Under the pieces are notes generated by a model. That model did no database searches, was not told the DNA's origin, and saw nothing but the letters and a program-made list of their open reading frames with translations. Made by a program: the position numbers and the translations under genes. Positions 47,243-56,205 of a stretch of 64,000 nt of DNA are shown one piece after another (the stretch's first letter is position 1; each line of letters begins with the position of its first letter). Source of the DNA: Minisyncoccia bacterium. Its GTDB lineage: Bacteria; Patescibacteriota; Minisyncoccia; Phycocordibacterales; UBA918. The stretch spans positions 2,526-66,525 of the forward strand of contig JBGSSW010000016.1 in NCBI GenBank assembly GCA_041736805.1, in the 5' to 3' direction.

Positions 47243-48562
47243 TTATTTATCTTTAAATTTATTTAGCCGTACAGCTTCTGATTCAGCCACATAGCGTGAA
47301 AACAAATCAATAAGTGTAGTTGTGCCTTCTTGAGGTAAGTGTTCTTTCATAGTAGTCATTTCATCGATAAGATCTAACCACGCTAGGTAGGTATCGTACT
47401 TAATATTTTCAGTTTTCATAATTTCTCTAACCCGTGCATTAGGTAAATTTTGAAATTTCTGTATCTCGGAAAGACTCATATCCTTTAATAAATTGAAGGG
47501 GCTGTTATAAATTCCTTTATTAAATAAATCATAAGTTGAATTATCAAGATTTTCTATAGCTCTATTGAGAATTTTTGCAAATGCCTTCTCATTACCGAAT
47601 ACTTTACTAACAAATAACTTGTAGTCTGGCTGGTCAAAATAATTACCGTCTGGTTTAAAGAATCTAGGCGGGGTGATAGGCTCAACCTCTTTTTTAAACA
47701 CGCTCTTAATTCCAATCTTAGGACCACTATCAGTAACAATAGAAGAATTTTTCTGAGTTTTTATAATAGCTGTCTCCAATTTTTTAATTAAAGGTTTGAC
47801 TTCTTCTTCTTTACTGGAAGTAAATTTAATCGGAATATCTTTGACAGCCTCGTTTTCTTCCACCCTCAAAGAGGCTGACTTTTTAAAACTATCAGAAACT
47901 ATTTCAACCCCCAAAATTTTACCTAACTCAAGACTGACGGCACTTAAATTTATCTCTTCGCCGGGATATATTAAATCAATATCGTCACCACTGCGTAAAT
48001 TTAAAGTAGCTCTTAATTCAGAAGTACCCTCAATTGTGTCAAAAAGCCTATCTAGTACTTCCATTCTTTTACCGGCTGGAAGATCTTTTATATCTTCATT
48101 AAATTGTTTTTCAATAATGTTCCAAAAAGTATCCTCCTTCTTAACTACATAAATGATTTCCTTCTTCTCGCTGGAGGGGTTTTTAGTAGTAGATATTGAT
48201 TCACGAGGTTTTAAATCCAAATCATCAATAATGAGACGGGTAAATTTTGCTGACTGCCACCAACTATATCCGCCATATTTAATTTGCAACTTATTAAATA
48301 TTTCATCTTCGAGTAAGTTTTTAGACATATTATAATGAACAGATAATAGTTCATCTGCCAAAAACTTAATGGATTGTCCCAGTTCAATCTTTATTTCAGA
48401 GTCAAGAGAACTACATGCAGAAGACCCAATTAACTCAAGGCCAGAAAGAATAGTTTCATACTTAATATCACTTTGATTAACACCGTAGTAATCAATTGAA
48501 ATTTTTTCAAATTTTAAAGACAAGTCTTCTAAGCTTTTGTCTAAACTACTTCTTTGATCCAT
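47243..48562 (-). CDS. hypothetical protein (439 aa): soluble paralog of the C-terminal module of the adjacent 1472-aa protein
   Basis: Shared blocks: KYGGYSWWQSAKF vs KFGTESWWQAAKI; LysM-like YVVKKEDTFWNI...DLIYPGEEINL vs VESGDSVSSIF...HLIRPGENIDV; and a roughly 130-aa C-terminal block (PDYKLFVSKVFG...TYDLF...NIKYDTYLAWLDLIDEM...LPQEGTTTLIDLFSRYVAE vs PEYQKFITKLFG...TYALF...RINYETLIAWFNKIDQM...LPNTPQTTLQDIYSRSVAE). No signal peptide or TM segment. Confidence 0.55.
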   Translation of the reverse strand: MDQRSSLDKSLEDLSLKFEKISIDYYGVNQSDIKYETILSGLELIGSSACSSLDSEIKIELGQSIKFLADELLSVHYNMSKNLLEDEIFNKLQIKYGGYSWWQSAKFTRLIIDDLDLKPRESISTTKNPSSEKKEIIYVVKKEDTFWNIIEKQFNEDIKDLPAGKRMEVLDRLFDTIEGTSELRATLNLRSGDDIDLIYPGEEINLSAVSLELGKILGVEIVSDSFKKSASLRVEENEAVKDIPIKFTSSKEEEVKPLIKKLETAIIKTQKNSSIVTDSGPKIGIKSVFKKEVEPITPPRFFKPDGNYFDQPDYKLFVSKVFGNEKAFAKILNRAIENLDNSTYDLFNKGIYNSPFNLLKDMSLSEIQKFQNLPNARVREIMKTENIKYDTYLAWLDLIDEMTTMKEHLPQEGTTTLIDLFSRYVAESEAVRLNKFKDK

Positions 48563-48570
48563 AATTTATA

Positions 48571-48609
48571 ATCATAACACTACCTTTATTTTACCGCAGC
48601 CACTTTATA
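48571..48609 (-). promoter_or_regulatory. second copy of the promoter/5' module (ATAAAGTGGCTGC-n14-gTGTTATGATtataaatt-ATGGATCAAAG)
   Basis: Direct comparison with 47133-47200. Arms of 11 of 11, 10 of 10 and about 13 of 14 nt are identical. Both genes start MDQxSSL. Confidence 0.4.
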
Positions 48610-48641
48610 GACCAATTTGAGGGATTAAATCGCAACACCTT

Positions 48642-48911
48642 CTACGCGGCAACTTCCTTTAATTCCGATCGCAAAATTGTTATCTCTTGTTTCAACAACT
48701 CCTCAAACCTAGGATAACTGGAACAGAGTGACTCTAAAAAATTATCCTCTGCCACGTGAGCATCAATGTAAGATTCAAATTGGTTTGATTGCTCTTCGTC
48801 TTCTTCGGCTAGATACTGCATCAAGGCACTTTGAAATACTAGAGTACCCAATTCCTCAGCAAAGACATTTTCGTCTTTACTATCAATTTGATTTACTTGT
48901 TGTGTTGTCAT
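48642..48911 (-). CDS. small acidic protein (89 aa) coupled to the giant protein gene
   Basis: Its start lies 2 nt after the stop of the 1472-aa ORF. It is highly acidic (E/D-rich) with predicted helices. No family recognised. Confidence 0.4.
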   Translation of the reverse strand: MTTQQVNQIDSKDENVFAEELGTLVFQSALMQYLAEEDEEQSNQFESYIDAHVAEDNFLESLCSSYPRFEELLKQEITILRSELKEVAA

Positions 48912-48913
48912 AA

Positions 48914-51900
48914 TTAAGCCTTAATTGAACGTACATTTGCTTGCTTCAGCTTCATAAAATCCTCTGCTACTGATCTGGAGTAAATATCTTGTAGTGTGGT
49001 TTGTGGAGTATTTGGTAATTTACCTTTCATTTGGTCAATTTTATTAAACCAAGCAATAAGTGTCTCATAATTAATTCTATTTTTATCAGCAAATTCATGC
49101 AGATATTCGTTCGATTGCTCTCTAAGCAGTTTAAGATTATCCAAATTTAATTCCTTCAGAGATTCGTACGGACTTTCATATGATTTAAATCTATCAAAGA
49201 GGGCGTATGTTTTTGCTTCAAAACTAGACGCATTTCTACCTACAGCATAGTCAAAGTTTTTTGGACTACCAAATAGTTTAGTAATAAATTTTTGATACTC
49301 AGGTGACTTTAGGAAGTTGTCTCCGACTACAAAAGGTCTCGGTGCTTCAGTTGGTAAAGAGGGTTTGTAATTAAGGGTCTCGCCCAAAGCTGGTTTAAAT
49401 CCATATGAGTTTTCGTCCATAACTCTAACTGGGGTTTTGACAGTTCCATCCAAAATGCCTTCGGCTTTAGCGGCATCTAATTCTGTTTCAGTTGGGGGCT
49501 TCCACGGTGTCTCTTGAGCAATTTTGATTTGCTTTTCGAAAAGCGTCTCTGGGTTACCAGCACCTTGTCGATGTAATATTTCAGCCGTTGGTGTAGCTAT
49601 GCCCGATTGGCCAATTTTTAAATCAGGGTCAACAAACTTGCCTAACAATTTTGCTACGTCAATATTTTCACCTGGTCTTATTAAATGAGGATTGCCGCTA
49701 CTAATGCCAAGCTTCTTCCAATCTTCAGGGCTAAGAGTCCAAGTTGGATTTTGAGCATTTGTCAGTTCTGGAAACTTTTGCAACATTAATTTTGACAGCC
49801 CTTCTCGTGTCACTCCTTCTGGCTGCTTAAGATTACCTTGATCAAATTGGATCTGGAGATTCTTTTTAAAGATGCTAGAAACACTATCGCCAGACTCTAC
49901 TTTATGCTCAGGTATTTTTATCTCTACTGCTTCCTTATGAACAACATCATTAATTTTGTCGTTAACCGGACCCATCTGATTCTTCATCACATCCTCGTTT
50001 GGCATAACGTCCCCAGTTGGCTTTACTACTGAATCACCAACCCCGACCACTTCAATTGAACCAATTTTTACATTATTTATCTTAGCTGCTTGCCACCATG
50101 ATTCTGTACCAAATTTGGCCTCCAATTTGTCCATCAAAAGTCTTTCCACTTGGGCATTCGGCATATGAGGATGAGCTGACAAAATATCTTTCACTGTCAA
50201 ATCAGCTAATTTCTGTACTTCCAACATTTGTCCTGAAGATAGTTCAAGACTACCGGTTTGCAAACCTTGCAGCTCAATTCCTGAAACAACTGTTTTGGTA
50301 AAGGTACCACTCGGGTCATCGTTCAATACTGAGACTGATTCAGAAAGTGAAAAAGGAGCTTTTGCGTCAGTCACACTATCAAAGTGTGGGTCATTACCCG
50401 CTTTCATTACATCATCATTGTAGACTGGTTCAGGGTGTTCGACTGTTGCCACAGCATTCTCAGCCGCATCTTCATTTATATTGTCATTAACTGGGTCGCC
50501 AGATTTCATCACGTCGTCATTGTAGACCGGCTCAGGATTTGCCATAGTTGCCTTTGCATTCTCAGCCGCTGATCCAGCAGACGCTGGTGACATTGCTACC
50601 TTTGGAACCGCCTCACCACCCCCAGAATTACCACCATTAGCTCCTCCGCCCACACCAGACGGTGAAAGAATATCGTACGCTGCCATCGCACCACGAGAAC
50701 CCCCTGCAGCTAAGATAGTTACCCCAATAGTCATTGCAGTTTTACGTTTTTTTGCAGTATCAACTTGCGCATTTGCCAACATAACTGCTCTTCTGGCTTC
50801 AGCAACCGACATTGTATTTGAGTTTTCAGAATTTGTTAGTAAAATTTGAAGCCTTTCGCCTGCACTTTTTACTCTTTTTCCTTCATATTTATTGACGGCC
50901 GCTCCTGCCCCCATACCAAGGGCAGTTGAGACACCCCACCTTCCAGCCCCTGCCGCTCCACCAAGTGCCGCTGAAGCAGCCACGACTCCTGCTCCGGCTG
51001 CCCCTACTGCCAAAACTCCCAGGGTTGCACCTGTCATAGAAGCTACCGCTAGACCAATCGCTAATCGTACTTTTTTATTTTTCGGCAGAAGTTTTGCAAT
51101 CCTTCCTACCGTCGCTATAGTCTTGGGCCAATCATTAATAAAGGCATCCCTTTTTTCAGCTTTAGAAGCAAGGATAGTTTTTTGTTCAGCAGCATCAATA
51201 CCTACAATTAGTTTGTTCTGTAAACCTGTCTTAATCTGGTCACTATCAGCTGTCAATACAGTATCTAAGACACGATCTTTTCTTCTATCTTCTATCTGAA
51301 TAAGTAATTTCTCACGGTATTGTTCGGCCGCTTCATCAGCCTCCTTTCTTAATTTACGTAAATGTTCTGCCGGACTCGATTCTCCGTTGAATGAATTCTT
51401 AATCCCCCCCGTTATCTTTTCTTTTATACTTTGTTTATGATAGCTAGACAAAGCCTGACGATATGCCTCGTCACACTTATCCATACTGAGACGAGCTAAC
51501 ATTGTCTCATTAGCCAAACTTTTTCTTTCAGCTTTTCTTTCATCTATAAAACCTACTCTTTCGTGAGTCGGTGAATCAGGATTGATTCCTACTGCTCGCA
51601 ACCTCTCTGCCCTAGCAGCATCCTCAGGACTAACTATCGAACCAGGTGCTGCTGCTACAGGAGGCAAATCATCTGGTGTAGGTTCTGGAGCTGGTGCGGT
51701 ATCGGGACTCTGTGTATCGCTTACAACATCAGGGGCAACCGGAGCAGCTTCACCATCAGTTGCTGGAGGAGGCACGTCTAAATCAGGACTCATCATATCA
51801 GCAGAAGTCTTTTCTTCTAGAATTTCTTCAACCGCTGGTTTACCATAATAATTACCTGAATTATTATTTAAAATATCAGATTCTAATACTTCAACCCCAG

Positions 51901-53332
51901 CGGTCGATTCAGCCTCAATTTCTGGGACTGTTTCTGGAACATAATTTTCCAAACTTTCCTCATCATATAATTCTTCCACTTCCCGGCTGATACTCTTCTC
52001 TTTCAACTTTAAACTTAGCTTTCCTAGACTTATTTTAAGAGCTTTTAGATAGCGCGATTTAATTTTTAAAGCAATGTTCTTATCGGACTCTTTGACACTT
52101 TCAATTTTGTTCACCAAATCTACTATTTCGTTAACTAACGATTCATTCACTTCTTTTATACGCGATGAATCAAAAAGTGTCTGGGTTTCTTTGGCTAACC
52201 TTTCCATTTGAGCGTCCATTTCTTCTAAATCTTTTGGTTCGTTTTCACTATCAAAAGAACCCTCTGTTTTAGGACCTCTTACTTGTCTTTCCTGCTCTTC
52301 TTTTTCCAGTAGTTTTACTAACTCACCAGGATTTTCTAAATAAAACGCTACTCCGTTTTTTATTTCATTATAATTACTATCTATTGCTCGACTAATTTCA
52401 ATTTTTTCTTCTACACTCTTTCCGGTTCCGACTTTTTTCCTGACTAAATCACCAGTGTTTCTTCTAATTCTTTCTAAAATTTTACTTACTGATTGCGGCA
52501 ACCTATCTATTCCAGCCACTTCTAAAAGACCGTGCTGGGCTTTTTCCATAATAAACCGTATCGGAATATTTTTTCCATTTCCATCTTTCAATTCTTTGCC
52601 ATTTCTATATCTCTCGGCCAACTTTGGATTACCACTCAAAACTTCTCTGGTCCCAAAAACTTCTTCGGCCGTTGGGAAATCACCAGCTTCAAGTTTATTA
52701 AAATTTGTTTCCTCATTTGATTCAAAAACTAATGAGTTTGAAACCTCTTCCCCTGGTACCAAAGCCTCACTTTCAATTGAATCAGTATCCACACTAAAGG
52801 GACCAGAATAATACTCCTCTGAATTATCAAATGATTTAGTTTCTTCCTTTGTGGCTTCCGGGTCAAAATCTTCCACACCCATCTTGGTTAAGTATTTATT
52901 CCAAGCCATTTCATGCTCATCCCGAGGCCCGACAGAAAACTCATGGGGGTTTTTGTTTGTTATTTTTTCATTAAAATTAGCGATACCCTGACGAAACTTA
53001 AAAAAAGCCTGCTCTACTTGATACCTTTTTTTATGATCATCTGTGGTTGTAGTTTCATTTATTAGCTCAATCAATTCTTTGTAGGCAATACTAACCGTAC
53101 TTACTAACTCACTTAAATTACCCACCTCAACCGAATTAATTGCTTGATTTTTAAAATCCTCGTATTCTTCGACAGCGTCTGTAAGTCGTTCAGAAAAAAA
53201 AGTGTCTTCTGAATCGTCTTCTTCATAATTATCTTCTAAGCCCTGTTGCCCAGCCTTTACCAGAGCAGCCCGAGTTAGTCTTTCGACTCTTTCTCTTTCA
53301 AAATTATGAATCTCACTCTCAGATTTTCCCAT
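48914..53332 (-). CDS. giant bitopic protein (1472 aa): N-terminal acidic/coiled-coil region, Gly/Ala-rich TM hairpin, then repeats, LysM-like motifs and a conserved C-terminal module
   Basis: Its start lies 8 nt after the stop of the VirB4-like gene. Residues 1-740 are charged and helical. A Pro-rich linker (PAPEPTPDDLPP) follows. Hydrophobic glycine-zipper segments AIGLAVASMTGATLGVLAVGAAGAGVVAASAALGGAAGAG and MTIGVTILAAGG follow. A Gly/Asn-rich stretch and two repeats of about 36 aa (PEPVYNDDVMK) come next. The C-terminal roughly 430 aa are paralogous to the 439-aa protein. Confidence 0.6.
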   Translation of the reverse strand: MGKSESEIHNFERERVERLTRAALVKAGQQGLEDNYEEDDSEDTFFSERLTDAVEEYEDFKNQAINSVEVGNLSELVSTVSIAYKELIELINETTTTDDHKKRYQVEQAFFKFRQGIANFNEKITNKNPHEFSVGPRDEHEMAWNKYLTKMGVEDFDPEATKEETKSFDNSEEYYSGPFSVDTDSIESEALVPGEEVSNSLVFESNEETNFNKLEAGDFPTAEEVFGTREVLSGNPKLAERYRNGKELKDGNGKNIPIRFIMEKAQHGLLEVAGIDRLPQSVSKILERIRRNTGDLVRKKVGTGKSVEEKIEISRAIDSNYNEIKNGVAFYLENPGELVKLLEKEEQERQVRGPKTEGSFDSENEPKDLEEMDAQMERLAKETQTLFDSSRIKEVNESLVNEIVDLVNKIESVKESDKNIALKIKSRYLKALKISLGKLSLKLKEKSISREVEELYDEESLENYVPETVPEIEAESTAGVEVLESDILNNNSGNYYGKPAVEEILEEKTSADMMSPDLDVPPPATDGEAAPVAPDVVSDTQSPDTAPAPEPTPDDLPPVAAAPGSIVSPEDAARAERLRAVGINPDSPTHERVGFIDERKAERKSLANETMLARLSMDKCDEAYRQALSSYHKQSIKEKITGGIKNSFNGESSPAEHLRKLRKEADEAAEQYREKLLIQIEDRRKDRVLDTVLTADSDQIKTGLQNKLIVGIDAAEQKTILASKAEKRDAFINDWPKTIATVGRIAKLLPKNKKVRLAIGLAVASMTGATLGVLAVGAAGAGVVAASAALGGAAGAGRWGVSTALGMGAGAAVNKYEGKRVKSAGERLQILLTNSENSNTMSVAEARRAVMLANAQVDTAKKRKTAMTIGVTILAAGGSRGAMAAYDILSPSGVGGGANGGNSGGGEAVPKVAMSPASAGSAAENAKATMANPEPVYNDDVMKSGDPVNDNINEDAAENAVATVEHPEPVYNDDVMKAGNDPHFDSVTDAKAPFSLSESVSVLNDDPSGTFTKTVVSGIELQGLQTGSLELSSGQMLEVQKLADLTVKDILSAHPHMPNAQVERLLMDKLEAKFGTESWWQAAKINNVKIGSIEVVGVGDSVVKPTGDVMPNEDVMKNQMGPVNDKINDVVHKEAVEIKIPEHKVESGDSVSSIFKKNLQIQFDQGNLKQPEGVTREGLSKLMLQKFPELTNAQNPTWTLSPEDWKKLGISSGNPHLIRPGENIDVAKLLGKFVDPDLKIGQSGIATPTAEILHRQGAGNPETLFEKQIKIAQETPWKPPTETELDAAKAEGILDGTVKTPVRVMDENSYGFKPALGETLNYKPSLPTEAPRPFVVGDNFLKSPEYQKFITKLFGSPKNFDYAVGRNASSFEAKTYALFDRFKSYESPYESLKELNLDNLKLLREQSNEYLHEFADKNRINYETLIAWFNKIDQMKGKLPNTPQTTLQDIYSRSVAEDFMKLKQANVRSIKA

Positions 53333-53340
53333 ATTTATTA

Positions 53341-56106
53341 TTACATCATACCCCCTATTGCACTTGTAGCAACTGGCTTTTTGGCATAACGGGCAGATAT
53401 TTCTGCTTCTACCTCGGCTCGCGGTCGACCGTGTTTGGCAGCACTCATAGCAATCAGTTCTGCTACCCTATTTGGATCAGACTGAATTGGTGGTCGCATC
53501 GCCACACTAAAGGGTTTGGTTGGTATGCCATTGGCCAAGATACGCACTAGAGCATTGTAATTTGGGACATTCATTAAATCTCTCGCCTCAAACACCGGGG
53601 CGAATTGCTGCTCTAAAAACTGAGCGTCTTCTGAACCAACTCGGAAAGAAACCAAAGAACCGACATTACCGAAAACAGCATCCTTGATACTTTGATCTAA
53701 CTGAGCAATAAACTGATGTACGACAGTCAGACTCAGCTTGTATTTACGAGCTTCAGAAAGAATTGAAGCAATCGCTGGAGTAGAAACGTTTTGAAACTCA
53801 TCAATATGTAAAAAGAATGGTGGGAAACTTTTTGAAGCATCATCAACTCTTGAAAGTGCTGCCATTAATATCTTGCCGACAAAAATCATTCCGATCAGAT
53901 TAGCATTGATTTCACCCAGTCGACCTTTAGAAAGATTTACCAACAAGATTTTTTTCTCGTCCATCACCTGGCGGAAATTAAAAGCGGATTTTTGCTGACC
54001 AATAATCGGTCGCATGTAGTCGTTGGCTGTAAAGACGTCAAACTTAGATACGATGTAAGGGACAATATTTTCTAGGGAGGCTTCCCCGCCAGCCTTGGTA
54101 GCAATTTCTGTCCAAAACTGAACCACCACTGGATTCTTGGCTTTTGATAATTTATATCTTCGGTACTGTGCGTCCACCATTACACGGGAAATGTCCATCA
54201 AAGTATTGCCACTTTCTGGATCTTCCATCACTAGCATCGTGGCGTTGCGGAAGTATTGTTCAAACATCGGACCCATACTTTCAGGATTAGCACCATAAAG
54301 TTTCTGGAAAATTGAAAATAGTTCATTGACCACAAAGGTCTTTTGTTCTGGTTTGGTGATATCATACTCCAGCATATTAAGGCCTACCGCACTCTCCATT
54401 CTTGCTGGGTCAAAATAAATAACATCCTGCTCTCTTTCCTTTGGCATGGCTCCCAATACTTCTTCAATATCAGTGCCGTGAGGATCAATCATACAAACAC
54501 CATTGCCAGATTGAATATCCTGAATAATCGTATTGGTCATAAACTTAGACTTTCCTGTACCAGTTTGCCCAATAACATATAGATGTCGCATCCGATCAAG
54601 CTCGGTCATATAAATTGGCCTTTCTACACCACGATGTCGGTTGTCGCCAATCAGAGTCCCTTGGGTTGGTATATCATTTGGCGCTGGAGCGGTATTAGAT
54701 TGTGATTGCTTAAATTGAGGTGAGCTCAAAATACCATTACTAGGGAAATGAATCATTGTCGCCAGCTCAGTTAATGACAGGGGCAAGGCCGCTTTAGCTG
54801 AGAACTCACGAAATGAAAAAGCCTTCTGCAAATGTAATAAAGAACTACCAGTAGCTTTTTTAAAAGCAAAAGAATTACCTTCAACTAAATCAAACTGATT
54901 AAAAGTTGATTGAATTTCGGTCATTATTTGCTCAGCTCGAGCTGGATCTGCCGCTGAAACAGCCAAACGTATATTTGTTTCAATAATTTCAGTTTGGATT
55001 TTCTTATTAAAAATATCCACCTTATCTATATCAGGTGAAGTAACAACTTCTGGTTGATCGGTTTTGGTCTTTGAATTAAATAAATCAGAAATCGCTCCTA
55101 TGATTCCCCCACTTACACTGCTGCGTGAAATGGCGTCAGACGCTTTCTTACCCTTTTGAATATTTTTAATAATTTCCTGATAAGATTTCCGATACTTTTT
55201 TTGTGGATACCGCATCACAAATTGTACAGCTGCACCACCGCCTTCTCTCTCAATTTTTGAAAATGCATTCAATATCACAGCTAAAGGATCGGAAGAAAAA
55301 CCGTCAGGTGTCCGTAGCGGGTAAATAGGATGTTTTTTGATTTGTGCTTCTGAAATAATAGTCTTTCCTTTGTCGACAAAGATATTATAGTCGTGTGCTT
55401 GAATAATTAACTCAGCGTGAGGGAAAAGCGAGAGGGTTTGTTTTTCAAACAAATTTACAAACTTGTTCGGTACGGCTACATAAAAAACAATATCATCACT
55501 ATTGTCAGCCACTGCTATTTCAATCACAAAATGATTTTCAGACTGCTGTGAGCCTATTGTACGTAGTCCAGCAAAAAGTTGCTCCATCATGCTCACAATC
55601 TCTGCCAACTGGTATTCACGGCCATCTTTAGATTTTACCTCTGGTAAGGTCACTTCATAGAGTGTCATGCTCAACATCTGCCAAGGTGGAACGTTTTCCT
55701 TTAAGTCTTGGATTTTTGAACCGGAACGGATTTGTTCAATTAATTGCCGGTGAACTTCGTCGACTATATAGGCGTTGTCCATTTTTTCTAGTACCGACAA
55801 GGCATTGCGAATCCCTTTCTCCTTGGCTAATTCTAAAATATCGGTCACTGGATCGTGTGAAATGGCGACTTGTTCAATTGAAGCAGCTAAAGCTGGTTCA
55901 TCCAGCAAGTGTTCACGATCAAGAATAATTCTCGGTGTAAAAGAAGCGTATTCTTTTATTTCTTGATTGCCGATTGTTTCAGTATCAGAATTATCACTTT
56001 CAGGGTTACGTTGCAAAAGCTCTCGCTCTCGCTCAGCAATACGTTCACGTAAGTACAACAACTCCTCCTCTGGAGAGGAAAACTGTTTTGGTATCCCTTC
56101 TGGCAT
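53341..56106 (-). CDS. VirB4/TraC/TrbE-family (DUF87/HerA-like) type IV secretion-type ATPase
   Basis: 921 aa. The C-terminal ATPase carries Walker A VIGQTGTGKSKF, Walker B FFLHIDEFQN and a downstream VVHQF...L motif, with domain spacing typical of VirB4/TraC. The N-terminal roughly 480 aa are not assignable. Confidence 0.7.
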   Translation of the reverse strand: MPEGIPKQFSSPEEELLYLRERIAERERELLQRNPESDNSDTETIGNQEIKEYASFTPRIILDREHLLDEPALAASIEQVAISHDPVTDILELAKEKGIRNALSVLEKMDNAYIVDEVHRQLIEQIRSGSKIQDLKENVPPWQMLSMTLYEVTLPEVKSKDGREYQLAEIVSMMEQLFAGLRTIGSQQSENHFVIEIAVADNSDDIVFYVAVPNKFVNLFEKQTLSLFPHAELIIQAHDYNIFVDKGKTIISEAQIKKHPIYPLRTPDGFSSDPLAVILNAFSKIEREGGGAAVQFVMRYPQKKYRKSYQEIIKNIQKGKKASDAISRSSVSGGIIGAISDLFNSKTKTDQPEVVTSPDIDKVDIFNKKIQTEIIETNIRLAVSAADPARAEQIMTEIQSTFNQFDLVEGNSFAFKKATGSSLLHLQKAFSFREFSAKAALPLSLTELATMIHFPSNGILSSPQFKQSQSNTAPAPNDIPTQGTLIGDNRHRGVERPIYMTELDRMRHLYVIGQTGTGKSKFMTNTIIQDIQSGNGVCMIDPHGTDIEEVLGAMPKEREQDVIYFDPARMESAVGLNMLEYDITKPEQKTFVVNELFSIFQKLYGANPESMGPMFEQYFRNATMLVMEDPESGNTLMDISRVMVDAQYRRYKLSKAKNPVVVQFWTEIATKAGGEASLENIVPYIVSKFDVFTANDYMRPIIGQQKSAFNFRQVMDEKKILLVNLSKGRLGEINANLIGMIFVGKILMAALSRVDDASKSFPPFFLHIDEFQNVSTPAIASILSEARKYKLSLTVVHQFIAQLDQSIKDAVFGNVGSLVSFRVGSEDAQFLEQQFAPVFEARDLMNVPNYNALVRILANGIPTKPFSVAMRPPIQSDPNRVAELIAMSAAKHGRPRAEVEAEISARYAKKPVATSAIGGMM

Positions 56107-56125
56107 AATCCTAATTGTACAGTAC
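56107..56125 (-). promoter_or_regulatory. -10-like TACAAT (preceded by TG) 7 nt upstream of the VirB4-like ATG, with no SD
   Basis: Minus-strand reading cTGTACAATtaggatt-ATG. The AATTAGG(A)TT-ATG spacing resembles the paralog promoters. Confidence 0.3.
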
Positions 56126-56162
56126 TACAAGAAATGAATTTGCGAGCAATCCACCTAAATAA

Positions 56163-56192
56163 AAACCGTCAGGCTACGCCTGACGGTTTTTA
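56163..56192. terminator. rho-independent terminator (ccgtcaggc-tac-gcctgacgg) between the mreB paralog and the VirB4-like gene
   Basis: A perfect 9-bp stem is flanked by AAAAA upstream and TTTTTTATTT downstream. It works on either strand. Confidence 0.6.
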
Positions 56193-56205
56193 TTTAGATA
56201 TCTTG

